Shown piece by piece: positions 14,252-29,494 of a stretch of 64,000 nucleotides of DNA (the stretch's first letter is position 1; each line of letters begins with the position of its first letter). The DNA is from Bilabrum cf. latius (lineage: Eukaryota), in the NCBI GenBank assembly GCA_965178125.1, contig OZ237762.1, positions 62,001 through 126,000 of the forward strand, written 5' to 3'. A model generated the notes under the pieces. That model saw nothing but the letters and a program-made list of their open reading frames with translations, ran no database searches and was not told the DNA's origin. The position numbers and the translations under genes were made by a program.

Positions 14252-14401
14252 TGTAGCCTTCGGTCACCGGGCGTCCCTTGTGAACACATTGTGCTCCTCT
14301 TGAACCGGGTGGTGCGGGTAGATGGGAAATTATACAATGCCGATTCTCTCCATTCATTCAATCAGAATCGAGACTATTCAGGCTAGATCATGCATCGCAG
14401 C

Positions 14402-15615
14402 TCAAGACGTCGTGGCGTAGTGCTCCTCGTCCGTGGTCTGGTAGGCGATCCCGTCCAAGATGAGCTCCTCGAGGACCTTGCGCACCTGCGCCTCGGGGAC
14501 ACCCTGAGGGGCCAGGTTGGCCACGATGTCTCCCACGAATGCGCCCGTCTCCTCGTCCTTCGAGGTGGCCTTGATCGCCTCCTCCACCTTGCCCTGCAGC
14601 TGGGCCGTGTCCATGCCACCAGCCGGGGCCCCAGCGCTGCCCCCGAACTGCGGGGCCGCCCCCCCGGCGCTTGGCCCGAACCCAGACATGCCACCCGCCG
14701 CCGGGCCGGAGCTAGCGGCAAACCCGCTCCCACCCCCCATCGATGGCGCTGCGCCCACACCATAGGCTGCCGGCCCGCCCGGCACGCCCGGGGCAGCCCC
14801 TGCGCCTGGTGCCCCCGCAGCTCCCCCCGCTTGGTCTGGGTTGGGCAGCGGCCCCTTGGTCCTGACCAGGTGCGTGTAGATGGCGTCCATGAAGTGAGCA
14901 GTCACCTCGTCAAAGTCCTCGATCAGTCGCACGTTATCTGCATTGATGTCAACGCGGCCCCCGTGCACCCGAACCTCCGCTTGCACCATCACCCACGCGC
15001 CCGGGCTGCGAACGCAATGTATTTGGAAAAGGAGCGCAGACTGACATGTAATATGACCATAATTGAGATAATACCCGAAAGCTACGAGGCCACAACATCA
15101 TTCAAATTAGGTTCTTACACTACCTTTGCTTCCAAAAAACCCTTGGTCTCGGTCTCTGCCGCAACTGCTCCAGAATCATGCCATTTCCTGACTGACATTC
15201 GACCGGTGTGATCTTCCATCTTGATAGCGTGAAACGAGGATTCTGCCCGGCTCTCGATGACCCTACCAACTACTCGAACCTGCGACAATGTGGGCAAACA
15301 CTATGTTGTGCCGTCAGCGTGGGAGTACTCTGAAGCAGATGCCCGCGCGAGCTGCTCCCTGGCACTTACCCGATTAACATCTTTACCGTCGATTTGGATA
15401 GAATCATCTCCCGTTTTTGTCTTGATTGCGGTGGCCAATTGCTTCATGGTGACAGATACCAACGTTTTCTGCTGCAAGGAGCCGCGTCCACCAGGGCCAC
15501 CCGCGCCGCTAGGTGGAGTAGCCCCGCTTCCACTCCCCATCCCTCCCATCCCCCCCGCATCAAAGCCTCCGCCACCAAATCCACCACCCATAGATGCCAT
15601 ACCAGCGAAATCCAT
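14402..15615 (-). CDS. RPA2: Replication protein A 32-kDa subunit; two introns (about 15281-15369 and 15006-15117)
   Basis: GGGF N-terminus, TLVSVTMKQL, VRVVGRV, EDHTGRMSVRKW OB fold, C-terminal winged helix GIAYQTTDEEHY. Confidence 0.9.
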
Positions 15616-15851
15616 GACAGTTGAACCGAAATTGTGCAGGATGAACCAATTTGCACTTTTTTTGAATGGTCGAACCTTCATGAACTTCTATCGATAACGT
15701 GTGGTTATGATACCCGGAATCAGTGCAATTTTTGTCTTGCAATTCTGCAGCTTCCGTACGCTAACCTACGTAGATCACTTCCAACATTTAATTATTATTT
15801 AACATTGATTGTAGCATTTTCTGCGTATCGGAAGGATATTGACGGTGGGGC

Positions 15852-18396
<2,545 letters not shown>

Positions 18397-18582
18397 GGGC
18401 ATGGACGAGAGTGCACTGTGACGAGTGGCTATTTCGCGTTGGCATATGCAACAGCCCGAGCACAACGATGCGGATGGACGCAAGCGCGCCGACTTTCATG
18501 ACAACGACTGCAGTACGAGTCAACACAGGTGGCAGGATTGGTGGATCTATCCGTGGCCGATGGCACTGCGCGTGTTCCAGCT

Positions 18583-21500
18583 TCATTCGAGCACCCGGCA
18601 GAAGCTCACCTGTGCCCCGGTTGGCAGGCCCAGTCCGCGGAAAGCCTCGAATGGCCGCCCCAGCTGACCCAGTGGCAGGGGCTCTGGAGCTTCGGCTGCA
18701 CCGGCCTTCGTACCGTCGTCTGTGGCCCCCCTTCGCCCCGGGGCAGACACCCGAGCCACCTAGAAGGCCCCCAGGACCTCCTCCCGGCTGGCGTGCGTGG
18801 CGCAGCAGACGTCGTCCACGCCCGTGCCCCACCGGTCAGACCCCGGCACCTCCGCTGGATCTGTCCCTTCCAAGGGGATGGGCAGCAGCGGGTCCGACCT
18901 CTGAGCGGCCGCCAGGGCAGCAGCGGCGTCCTCTGCCTCGGCCGTGCTGCCGGCCCCTCCCGCGGCAGAGGCCAGGGCGGCGCTCTGCCTGGCCAGCGCG
19001 GAGCCAGGGAACACTAGGGAGGCCACAGCGCGGAGCTGCTCGGGTATCTCTGCTGGAGGAGAGGTTGGAGCAGAGGCAGAGGCAGAGGCAGAGGATTGCT
19101 GCTGCGGCTCTGGCTCGCTGGCCACGGGGATCGGGGAGACCACCACGGGCCGGAGCGTCTCCCTCCGCCACCTGAGGAGGCCGTGCACGCCCGCGAAGAT
19201 CACTAGGCCGCGGAGGGTGCAGCTCAGGCCCCGCAGCTCGGCAGCGCACCTGCACTGCACGGCAGCGAGGGACTGCCCTGCACCGAAAGCAGCCAGCACG
19301 CGCACTGCATCCGCAATCGCCTACGCCCTAGCCTGGCGAGGGCCCCTGCTGATGTGGGCTGACACGGCGGAGAGAGCCGCTGCGGCCTGTCTGGACGCAG
19401 CGGAGGAGCCACTCGTGGTCGTATGATCTGCTGCATGGTCCGCCTATGACACTGGTGCTGCTGCTGGTGCTGCTGCATCCTGCTCGTGCTTGCCCCTTTG
19501 AGCCTCCTCCGCTGCATGCGCCATGGGAGGCATGGCTGCCGCGATAGCTGCATCCAGGCCGGGGCACAAGATGGAGGAGGCCGCCTTGCGGAGTCCCCTG
19601 TGCCGCACCAGCAGTGGCAGCCTGTCGGTGGCAGCGAACACCTGCTGCGAATGGCAGACGGGCAGCAGCACCGCAACCCGGGCGTCCACCAGCTGCTGCA
19701 CGGCAGCCAGGCACAGGGGCAGAGCCACATCGGCGGCCTCTGCGATGGCCCGGCAGTGCGCCATCCCGTCGATGCAGGGCAGCACCCGCCGCACGCACAG
19801 GTCCCACTCGGGGCCCACCAGTGCCTCGGCGTCGCGCACCCGCACCGGGACCAGCGCCGGACCAGCCACTAGTATGGGCAGCCGGCCGGGCAGGTCGGCA
19901 GCATGGGTCTGCCCAGCGGCCTGGTCGACGGCAGGGCTGAATTCCGGGAGTCGCAGCTGGCAGTTCGGCAGTGCGGGGCTTCGGAGCCGCAGCACCAGCG
20001 GGGCCACAGGTGCCCCGGAGTGTGATGGTGCCATCATCGGATCTACGGACGGGACCTGGGCGTCAGCGCCTGCCAGCGGTGCACCCGCTGCACTCCCGAT
20101 CGCCTTGTCTTGAGCTTGCAAGACATCATCTATACCTGATGACTGCTTCGTACGCGCAGAGAAAGAGTCCCCCGACTCCCTCTCCCCCACCACTGCCACT
20201 CGCGCCCCTGCACCCACGGCGGTCACGCCAGCTTGCCTGCCGCACTCCGCTGCCACATCGGGACCCCGCCTCCCTGCCTCCTCTCCCTCCCCCTCGCCCT
20301 CGCCCTCAGGCTCCTCTGCCCATCGCGACTGCACCACCTGCAGACCACTAGCTGACGCTTCCTTCCCAGCCCCTCTTTCAGCATCATCACCAGCACAGGC
20401 AGCAGGTGCCATCGCGGCTGATGCTCCTGCTGAGCCCTAGACACCGCTTGGAGCACCCGTCTCCGCTGCTGCTCCCGCCCCCACTCCCACTGCGCCCATC
20501 GCCACCACCGGCTCCCCCGCATCGGCCAAGCCCCACCCGTCCCAACGCACCGGCACGCAGCACTGCCCCGTCTCTCTAAGCCCGTCCACGCAATCCGCCA
20601 TGGCCTCCGCAAGGGCTCGCAGCCGCTCGGGCCGCGAGATGGCCTCGTGCTGCGCCTCCAGGGCACGCACTCTCACAGCCAGCTCTCGAACCGCCTCGCC
20701 GTGAGAGAACAGCACAGAGTGCGCCAGGTTCAACGACGGCTCAGCTGCGGGCTAGGGGTCCAGAGTGGCGGCGCCCTGGGCTTCGGGTGCCCCGCTAGGC
20801 ATAGCGTGCGGTGGAGCATACTCGCTAGCAGCTGCTGCGTCGATGTCGGAGTGCGAGTCACTGCCGGAATCGCTGCCAGAGTCGCTGCCGCTGTGTAGCG
20901 CGGAGCTGCCGCCGATGCTACTGCTGCTGCTCACGCGCGAATCTACACGTGGTCCGGTTGCTGCGGCTGGGCCCAGTCTATCTGCAGGGGCGTGTCCTGT
21001 CAATTGGATTGGAGCAGCGCCTTGAATGCGGTTTAGCTTCCCTGCATGCCCGCCATGTCGGTCCCTAGGACCTGGTGTGCTCTGGCCAGAGCTGGACCCA
21101 CCATTTGCACTAGCACCCGCAGCCTGACTTCGACCATCATCCGTTGGTGTCAATACCGACCCACTGTCGCTGGGTCCATTCGGTGCATCTGTCAGATCTC
21201 GACCCTTCCCTTCCACTTCGACATCCAATTCCGTGGTCCATCGACTCGGTTTCCTGTGCACGTGCGGGCTTGCAGCAGACAGAGGCACTGGGTGCCGGAG
21301 GGCAGAAGCAGACGCCGCGTGGGCGTGGCCGGGACCAGGGGCCACTGCGCGTGCTGCCACAGCGGCATGCCCGCTAGCTCTCCTTCGGCCCCCGTCGGAA
21401 ACATCGGCCATCGCGAGTGTGTCCGCCTCGGGCACCGCTAGACGGGCCGAGCCTGCTGAGAGGGCCCGCGGGCTGTCGGTCAGTGCAGGGGCTAGCCCGG

Positions 21501-22071
21501 CTCCTGGCTGGGCGAGAGTGGCTCCATTTATGCGTGCAGCATCATTTTGGTTTGTCTGCTTTGCCTATCTTTGCCTCTTCACCGCTGGCAGAACTACTCG
21601 AGCCTTTGGTGCATCTGGCATCCACCGCCTGCGCGGGGCAGATCTCCTGTGCTACCACGCGCTTAGAGTTGCAGACCGTCTTACAATAAATCCAACTGCA
21701 AATGTTAGAGCGTTTCTGTGGTACTGCTTGCCAGCTACTTGTGTATTCACGGCAATAACCCTGTCTTCGTGCACATTTGGTGTTGATCGCCCAGACCTTA
21801 CGATCTGTGGCACTGGGAGTGATACCAATCTCTACGTAAGCTCTGACTTCGACAAAAGCAGGTCTGAAATCTCCGCAAAGGAATCCTGCGTCAAACATCT
21901 GCGCCGTTCGGCCTGGTCATAGGTGCAAAAGAGAAGATTAAAGGGATTCTGGCGCAGTTTACACACTACAATACTAGTATCTCACGCATCGGGGTATGTA
22001 AATGCCAGGGTTGGGCCGTACTCGTTGTCAAAGACCGCCAAGAATACGCCCAAAAGTTCGAAATCGGACAT
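18583..22071 (-). CDS. NPRL2: GATOR1 subunit NPRL2-like protein with long low-complexity inserts; probable short intron near 21.9-22.0 kb
   Basis: VFLAVFDNEYGP, QYHRNALTFAVGF, WDLCVRRVLPCIDGMAHCRAIAEAADV; many in-frame TAGs; TGA stop. Confidence 0.75.
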
Positions 22072-22209
22072 TATTGTGGTTGCAGATGGGGGGGCGAGCA
22101 GTTGGGTCAAGTGTGATGAGTGCCAACGCCTGGAATTTTGTCCGCTTCATTGTGGATGATCAGGAGCTTTGTTCAATATTCTTCGCTCAATTCTAATTAT
22201 AATATCGTG

Positions 22210-23309
22210 ATGGATAGGCGAGGCATGGTGATCTCCGCCATTGCGGCCTTGGTTCTCGTTTGGCTCCCGTCCGCAAGGGCCGGGGCTTGCGCACATCTCA
22301 ATGAGTGCAGCGGCCATGGATCCTGCGATGAGGCATCAAGGACATGCTAGTGCTTTGACGGTTGGGGCTCAGAGACAGATAAGGCAGTGTATAAGGCAGC
22401 CGATTGTTCGCAGCGTGAGCCTTGCCAGGCCTCTGTTTCTAGTAGAGCGACCTCGCTACTGTTTGCGGCCTCACAGAGTGTTTGCTGCCTGTTTCTTGTA
22501 ATTATTATCGTTGCAGGGGTGTGTCCGGTCGGCAAAGCTTGGATTGACATTCCGACAGGGCCGACGACAGCGCATGCACTGGCCGAGTGCTCGAATATGG
22601 GTTTGTGCAACCGGGCCTCTGGCTAGTGCCGGTGCTTTGCAGGATTCGAAGGCGATGCTTGCTAGAGATGTGAGAAGAGACGCCCCTCAGCGATATCGCA
22701 AGACCAAACTGCCAAAAGAGTTCGACATCGCCTGTCCCAATATCGCCTTGTCCCACCGCAGCCGCGTGCCCCAACAGCTGCAGCGGGCATGGAAGGTGCG
22801 TGTCCCTACAGCAGATGGCGAGCGAGCCGAACGCCAAGCCGGTGCACGAGCGGCCCGTTTCGTACGGCGGGTTCCCCTCGTCCACGACCTGGGACGAGGA
22901 CAAGATTTACGGGTGCGTGTGCGACTCGTCATGGGACGTGGGCATGGGCGACGGGGAAACGCAGGAGCCCCAGTGGTTCGGACCGGACTGTTCCCTGAGG
23001 CACTGCCCCTCGGGAGATGACCCGCTCACCACGGTGGACGAGACTGACTGCAATTACTACGCGGACAACGGACAGACGTGGAGGGGGGGCACCCTCGCCG
23101 GGGGCGACCCCAACTTGGCCTCGCCCACCACGGGCATCGACACCTCGTTGGTGGCGGGGCAGGACTATGGGGCCTCGGGGAACTTGTGCCACGTGGACTG
23201 CTCCAACAGGGGCCTGTGCGACCACCAGAGCGGAACCTGCAGGTGCTTCCGGGGGCACTACGGACAGGCCTGCCAGCTGACGGATGCGCTGGCCCGGGGG
23301 GAGGCATGA
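22210..23309 (+). CDS. Secreted EGF-like cysteine-rich protein of the stramenopile tubular mastigoneme (Sig/Ocm-like) type; two introns
   Basis: Signal peptide; CSGHGSC, ECSNMGLCNRASG*CRC, GCVCDSSW, GPDCSLRHCPSGDDP, DCSNRGLCD; three TAGs inside EGF modules. Confidence 0.8.
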
Positions 23310-23541
23310 GTGCATCTAGAAGAAGGGGGGCGGGCGATCTTGTGCCATCCGGGTCTATGCGAGGACTGTGGCGTGCTTGAACCAGAAATTTGAGATCTTC
23401 GTGTGCAGGGTGATGTGCACGACGACCATCGCGCGATTTCAACTCGATGCAATCACCCCCCCCCCGCGGGTATTCTACCGCGCCCTCGTTTGCGCTGCCC
23501 AGGCCGTGCAAGCGTTGGGCCCAAGCATCCGATAAGTGGCC

Positions 23542-24516
23542 TCACATGCGCGCGCCCACTCCCCCATCGATCTGCAGGTTAGCCCCCGTGATGAACCGGG
23601 ACTCGTCCGCTGCCAGGTACAGGGCCAGCGCGGCAATCTCGTTCGGCTTGCCCATGCGCCCGCACGGCTGGTAGTCGCTCAGCCGCTTGAAGACCGCCGC
23701 CTCCTCCCCCGGGTAGTGCTTGGAGATGAAGCCCTCCACGAAGGGGGTGTGCACGCGGGCGGGGGAGATGCAGTTGCACCGGATGCCCTGCTTGACGAAG
23801 TCGGTCGCCACGGACAGGGTGGCGGTGAGCACTGCTCCCTTTGAGATGGAGTATGCGAACCTGTCCTTGAGCCCCAGGTGGCTCGCGATGGATCCCATGT
23901 TGATGATGGACCCGCCGTAGTGCTTCCCAGGACCCTTGGGCGCGCCACCTGCCGAGCCTTCCTTCTCTCCCTCTCCCTCTCCCTCTCCCTTGCTAGTGCT
24001 CGCCTCGCTCTGGGCCAGCATGTTGCGCACCGCCGCCCGCAGGCAGTTGGCGACGCCCTTGACGTTGACGGCCAGCACGCGGTCGAGGTCGGCATCGGTC
24101 GTGGTCAGGCAGGTCCCGATCGAAGCAATGCCGGCGTTATTCACCAGCACGTCGATGCTCCCGTGCACCTCCCTGATCCTGTCGAACACGGCATCCACGT
24201 CGTCGCTCTTGGTCACGTCGGCCGTATGGAACTCGGCCGCAGGAGGCGCCTTCCCGCCGCCCGTGTCCTCCTTGTTGCACAGCTCGACCGTCTCCTTCCC
24301 ACCCTGCTCGTTCACATCTAACACCATGACTCGTGCACCTTTTCGCGCAAACAACGTCGCGATGGCTCGTCCGATGCCGCTGCCGGCCCCCGTCACAATT
24401 GCGACGCGGCCTTCGAGCGTGAAGCTTCCCCAGCTGGGCGACGCAATGGCTGCCTCTACGGCAAGAGAAGAAGGATCTGTTGATACAAATGGAGAAGATC
24501 CCGATGCACCCGCCAT
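23542..24516 (-). CDS. Short-chain dehydrogenase/reductase, 2-keto-3-deoxy-L-fuconate dehydrogenase-like
   Basis: TGAGSGIG, NNAGI, YSISKGAV, SPARVHTPFV, QPCGRMGKPNEIA; intronless. Confidence 0.85.
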   Translation of the reverse strand: MAGASGSSPFVSTDPSSLAVEAAIASPSWGSFTLEGRVAIVTGAGSGIGRAIATLFARKGARVMVLDVNEQGGKETVELCNKEDTGGGKAPPAAEFHTADVTKSDDVDAVFDRIREVHGSIDVLVNNAGIASIGTCLTTTDADLDRVLAVNVKGVANCLRAAVRNMLAQSEASTSKGEGEGEGEKEGSAGGAPKGPGKHYGGSIINMGSIASHLGLKDRFAYSISKGAVLTATLSVATDFVKQGIRCNCISPARVHTPFVEGFISKHYPGEEAAVFKRLSDYQPCGRMGKPNEIAALALYLAADESRFITGANLQIDGGVGARM

Positions 24517-24808
24517 TTCAGCTGCGAGTTTAACAAAAATGGGGAAAGATACGATCGAGGACACATCGAGAATACATTGCTCGTCTGCTAGACTGCAACA
24601 GAATGGATCCAATCGCTGGAAGGCAAAGCAAGAGCTATTGCATGTGATCATTTTTCTAGTGGAGGTAACCGTGCGCAAACCCTTATTCTCACAGTATATG
24701 CTGCGCCGTATGACACATGGTACGAAGCGTCGCGCGTGCGGAACCATCATGGTATTTGGCGCCGCGCACCAAGATCTCACAAATCATTGTCTTCTGCTGA
24801 GGGTTCTG

Positions 24809-26062
24809 ATGGCCGGAGCATCTGATGCCGGAAAATCAAGCGGTGTTCCTATTTGTGTAAGCTTGCTTGTCCGGCCGAAGCCGTATACCCGGCATATATG
24901 GAGCAGTTATCTTCCATTGAGCACTAGCATCTGCGTTGACGCGCTACATTTGGATTGTTTCGCAGGATCCGCATTTCCACCTCTGGGATACCAAGGAATT
25001 CAGACCGGTGAATAATTTGGGCGACTTGGGCGAAGCAATGCCGTTGTACGGCACTGCTGATTATATAAAGGACTTCGAAAAGGAACCGCTGGTGAGTTGC
25101 CAATGCAACTGGCCGAGTCATCGATGCAGCCATCGCGCATGGAGCGCGTCCAATCACAGGATGCAAGCATATATTGCAGTTGTTACAATCCGTCTCTTTG
25201 GAGCCATTTTCTGCAGGCTTCTTGTGTCCACGTTGAGGCGACTGTCAGCAGGTTTGCAGGACCCGCCGACAAGCCGACCCCTCTGGATTCCGTGGCAGAG
25301 ACGAAATTCGTCGTTGGCTAGAAAATCCCAATCCCTCATTCGATAGTCCCGTTCATGTACCTCCCCGACCCTGACTTGGAGGGCCAGATCAAGGCCCACC
25401 TGGCAGTGTCCGACAGGGTCACCGGCATTCGCATGATCTGCAACCACAGCGACACAGATCCCGCGCTCACGTACCCTCACGTCGAGAGAAACTGGGTGAC
25501 AACGGAGGGAAACTCCGATTTTCTTCGCGGGCTGGCGCTGCTCCCGCGGCACGGCCTAACGTACGACTGCCACATCACCCCAGAGCAGATGGTGGGTGCC
25601 GCGGCCGCTGCCAAAGCCTGCCCCGAGGCCAAGATCGTGATCAACCATTACGCGTGCCCCCGGTTCAATCGAGGAGACTCGGACGCTGAGAAGGCCAAGA
25701 ACAACGAGGCCATGTGGCGCACCTGGCGGGAGGGCCTCAAGGCGCTCGCGGGGCAGCCCAACGTGTCCATGAAGCTGAGCAACCCAGCGGTGCCATGCGA
25801 CGACTTCCACACCAGCGAGCCTTCTGGTGAGATCCTCCGCACGCTGACGGAGGAAGCCATAGGCGCGTTCGGCCCGGAGCGGTCAATGTTTGCGGCTAAC
25901 TGGCCGGTGGACAGACACCAGGCCGGGGTGGACATCCCGACCATGTACGCCTGCTTCCGCGAGTGGACCAAGGGGCACGAGGAGGAGGCCATCCGGCGAC
26001 TCTTCCACGACACTGCTGCGTCCTTCTACCGGATCAAGGGCGCCGACATCAAGTATTCCTGA
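24809..26062 (+). CDS. Amidohydrolase_2 family, sugar lactonase (L-fucono/L-rhamnono-lactonase)-like; two introns
   Basis: DPHFHLWD, VHVEA, INHYACP, MKLS, FGPERSMFAANWPVD; TAG at 25319. Confidence 0.85.
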
Positions 26063-26193
26063 GACACAGCTCGGTGATAGGTGCATGTGCACGCATGCAG
26101 CTGCAAACGCATAGCTTTTATTCGATCTTTGTTGCCATTTGGGGCTTCGATTCACAACACACACTCGTGCCAACACACCGCCGCCGCAACCTC

Positions 26194-27084
26194 TCAGTCG
26201 CTGCTCTGGCCGGCATCGTCCTGAGTACCACTGTCACCCTATGGCACATCCCCGGGGCCTTCTCCTTCACCACTCTCCTCAGGTGCATCCCCGCGACGCT
26301 TGCTGTCGTCCCCGCTCGTCACACCATCTTCCGCACTAGAACCCCTTCCTGCAGATCCGCCCTCCCCCTCTGCCCCTGGCTTCGACTCTTGCTCCCCGCC
26401 CGCGGCCCCACCCCCAGCCTACTGCGGCCCCGGCGCCAGTCCTAGGTGCTCCCGCAATTCCCCCAGTCGGCTGGGAGCAGAAGCCGCATCGGCTGCCTCC
26501 TGCATCGCCTGGGAGGCATCCGTGGCTGAGAAATGGGCTCGCGCACGCGCCTCTGGTGTCCAGGGCTCCACCTCCCTGGCTCCCTCAAGATCAAACGCAC
26601 TGCCAGACGCCCCTCCTTCCTATTTCGCAGCAGAGCCGCTGCCGAACAAGCCTCCAAACACGCTCCCAATGCCGAGCCGTGAGGCCTCCGGATAGCGCTC
26701 CTTGTAGATCCCTTCGAGCTCGCCGTAGCGTTTCTCATTTTCATCAATGGCTTCATGCACTCGATCCATGGATGCTTCCATGGTTTCGATCACCGCAAAA
26801 AGACGCAGCAACTCTTTGGATCCTTCGGCCAGCTGCGGGAGCGCCTTGGACACCACCTGCTGCCTCGTTTCTTTCAGGGCTTTCAGCTACTTGGCTGATG
26901 CCTCCAGCTATTTCATGGTTGATTCTGTGAGCCTCTCTACTTCCACGGAGGTTGCTTGCCCGCACTGGGCCACATCTGAAGCCAGCTCCTGGAGAGCGGG
27001 CTCTAGCAATGATCGAATCCTTGTTGTTCGCTCCTCGACCGAAACCTACTTAGGTTTACTTTCTGTGGCTGCGGAGGCTGCCAT
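26194..27084 (-). CDS. Hypothetical coiled-coil protein (296 aa)
   Basis: Single ATG-to-TGA frame containing six TAGs; heptad-rich N-terminal half. Confidence 0.6.
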
Positions 27085-27233
27085 GAAACCACGCTCGACG
27101 TAAGTTGCCTTGGAAAGCAGCCGCCATCAAAATTCTATAATGAACGTTCGTTGGAAGCTCAAAAGAAAGGTGCTAGATTGCAATGTTGTACCACTAGGTT
27201 CAAGTTTTGCGGGTATACGAAGGGACCGATAGC

Positions 27234-28469
27234 ATGGAATCAAGTAAAGCGGCAGAGGCTACGAAAGCTCTTCTCCGCCGAGACAAAGACAGGGAGTCGT
27301 CCGCGTCTGACCAAGAACGCGGTGGTGTGAAGCCTGTTAAGATTCATCTGCTTGACGAAATGCCCGATAAGAGCGGGAGTCAGTCATCGGAAGCCCGTAA
27401 TTCAAGCAGTATGGACGTTTTGCAGCCTTCCCTTGAGGCCCTTCAGCGAGCAGGCGATTCGATGGCTGACGGAGCCGAGCCCGTGGAGCCCTTCGTCGGC
27501 AAATCGAGCACGAGTCGTATTGAAGTTGGCGGACAGGAAGCCAGAACTGTGGCAAAGCTGCTTCGACGCGTGTTTAAGGCTCAGGAAAGACGAGTCCGTG
27601 CGTTCACATTCCTTGCTGAGGCAATGCGAGAGGTAGTTGAAGCCGCACAGAGGGCAGATAGCGCGCTGTCCGACGTAGATTCGGCCTCGGAAGCTCCAGG
27701 AGCCGTTAAGAGAGAAGCTTTAGTAAAGGCTGGCGCGGAGGCGCAGACGGCCCTAGCGCACGCTTGCTCCAAGTACCAGGCCTCCTCGCAGCGCGTGCTC
27801 CTCGACTTCAATGAGGTCACCACGGCGGTGAGGGGGGCACAGGCTGCGCTTAGACAGGTTGCAAAGGAAGGAGAAGGAGAGGGTGTGGATGGGGGTGGAA
27901 CTGGGGGTGGTGCTGCCCCGATGGAAGACGGCGATGCGGCGGGGGCAGGCCCGGCTGCCAGCGGTGGCGAGGGTAAGAGCAAGGGGACTGAGGAGGAGGG
28001 TGGTGGCGATTCCTCATTTGCGCGGGCGACTGCTTCCTCCCTGGCAGCAGGGATCGATGAGCTGCAGGAGAGAGAAAAGGAGCACCTTCGGGTGACGGCA
28101 CAGTTGCATGCGCTCAAGCAGCAGCAGGCCATGGGAGCGGTGGGGGCCAACGGCGCGGGTGCTGGCAGCAGCCTGGGCCCGGGGCTTGGGGGCAGGGTGC
28201 GGGCCCTCGAAGCAGAGCGGTCGAGCGTGCGGGCTCGAGTGGAGGAGGCGCTGGACGAGCTCCGGTCTGAAGGAGCCGAGGTGCTAATGGCCTTCGAGGG
28301 GGATGAGGACGAGGGTGAGGGCGAGGATGAGGGTGAGGATGAGGATGGGGGTATGGGGGGGAGCTCACTTGGGGCTGCGGTGAGTGGGACACAGGGGGGT
28401 AAGGGAGCGCGGGCAGCAGGTGGTGCTGCGAGTGGGGCAGGGGACGGGTCCGAGCCAATGCAATCTTGA
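27234..28469 (+). CDS. REX1-B (DNA repair) family-like helical protein
   Basis: FKAQERRVRAF, DFNEVTTAVR, IDELQEREKEHLRVTAQL patterns; TGA stop. Confidence 0.65.
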   Translation: MESSKAAEATKALLRRDKDRESSASDQERGGVKPVKIHLLDEMPDKSGSQSSEARNSSSMDVLQPSLEALQRAGDSMADGAEPVEPFVGKSSTSRIEVGGQEARTVAKLLRRVFKAQERRVRAFTFLAEAMREVVEAAQRADSALSDVDSASEAPGAVKREALVKAGAEAQTALAHACSKYQASSQRVLLDFNEVTTAVRGAQAALRQVAKEGEGEGVDGGGTGGGAAPMEDGDAAGAGPAASGGEGKSKGTEEEGGGDSSFARATASSLAAGIDELQEREKEHLRVTAQLHALKQQQAMGAVGANGAGAGSSLGPGLGGRVRALEAERSSVRARVEEALDELRSEGAEVLMAFEGDEDEGEGEDEGEDEDGGMGGSSLGAAVSGTQGGKGARAAGGAASGAGDGSEPMQS

Positions 28470-28564
28470 TGTCAATGAGTCACCATGCACGCAATAGCAC
28501 GAGAGAATTGATTCGCGGGGGGCCGGATGTACACCAAAGAGAAAAGGCAATGCACATACTCTGT

Positions 28565-29294
28565 TCATGTAGGGGCACCTGCACCTCCCAGCGCCATCCC
28601 TCCCTCTGCTCCATTGTCCCATTTCGACTCGCTCCCGGTGCCAGTCGCCGAGGCGAAGGCACCCTCCTCCTTGGCTGGCTCCAGCTCGGCCACGAAGGTG
28701 GCCCCCGCCAGTGCCGCCGGACATGTGGGGTCCTCCACTTCCGCAGTGTTCTGCTACTTCAGCACAAGCTCAGGAACGGCGCAAAGAGAGGCCTTGAACA
28801 GCTTGAATTGCCTGTAGTAGGCTCGAATCATGTGTGCCGCCACTTCAGGTACCAACCGTCGAGACAGAATCTACTCGGAAGCTGGCGGCCTATCAACGCT
28901 GTGTGAAACTAGCTTCTTTTCGAAGCTCGCAAATGATTCGTTCTGACTTTTCCCGTAGTCCTAGGCGTCTTCTAGGACCGTTGAATAAAGCAAGCCAAGT
29001 GCAACGGACGTTTGTGCAAGATTCATGCCCTACTCGCGGCAGAAGGCAAGGGTATAGAACAATATCTCGCCGACTACATCAGATCCATGCGGCATTGGCC
29101 ACTTGCATAGACTCAATAGCTGCCTGCGACAATAATGCGGTCTCAAGCGGCTAGAAAAATAGGCTTAGGAAACCGCAACTGAGATGCACTGCACGAATCA
29201 AAGCTTACTCTTCAACATCGTCGCGATTTGTGATAGATCGTAACTTTATTAATCCATCTCTATCAAAATAAGTCCACTTTAGGCTATCAACCAT
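28565..29294 (-). CDS. CFAP119: Flagellar central-pair C1a protein CFAP119/CCDC189-like; one intron near 29.12-29.21 kb; absent from the ORF track
   Basis: AFCRE*GMNLAQTS, FEKKLVSHSVDRPPASE*IL, YYRQFKLF; four TAGs; TGA stop. Confidence 0.75.
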
Positions 29295-29494
29295 GCTTTT
29301 AGTCTGCTTTGCTCCACACAACATTATGGCTCCGGACTAGTCACAAATACACGTTACAAAAAGCAAGATCCCAGATTTAGTTGGGATTTTTGCAATTCTG
29401 TGCTGTCTGCAGAAAAAGCTCTAGCAATATTTTGCGAATTTAAGTTATAAGTTGCACAATATCGGCCGCAGGAGGAGAATCCAAACCGGAGCCC

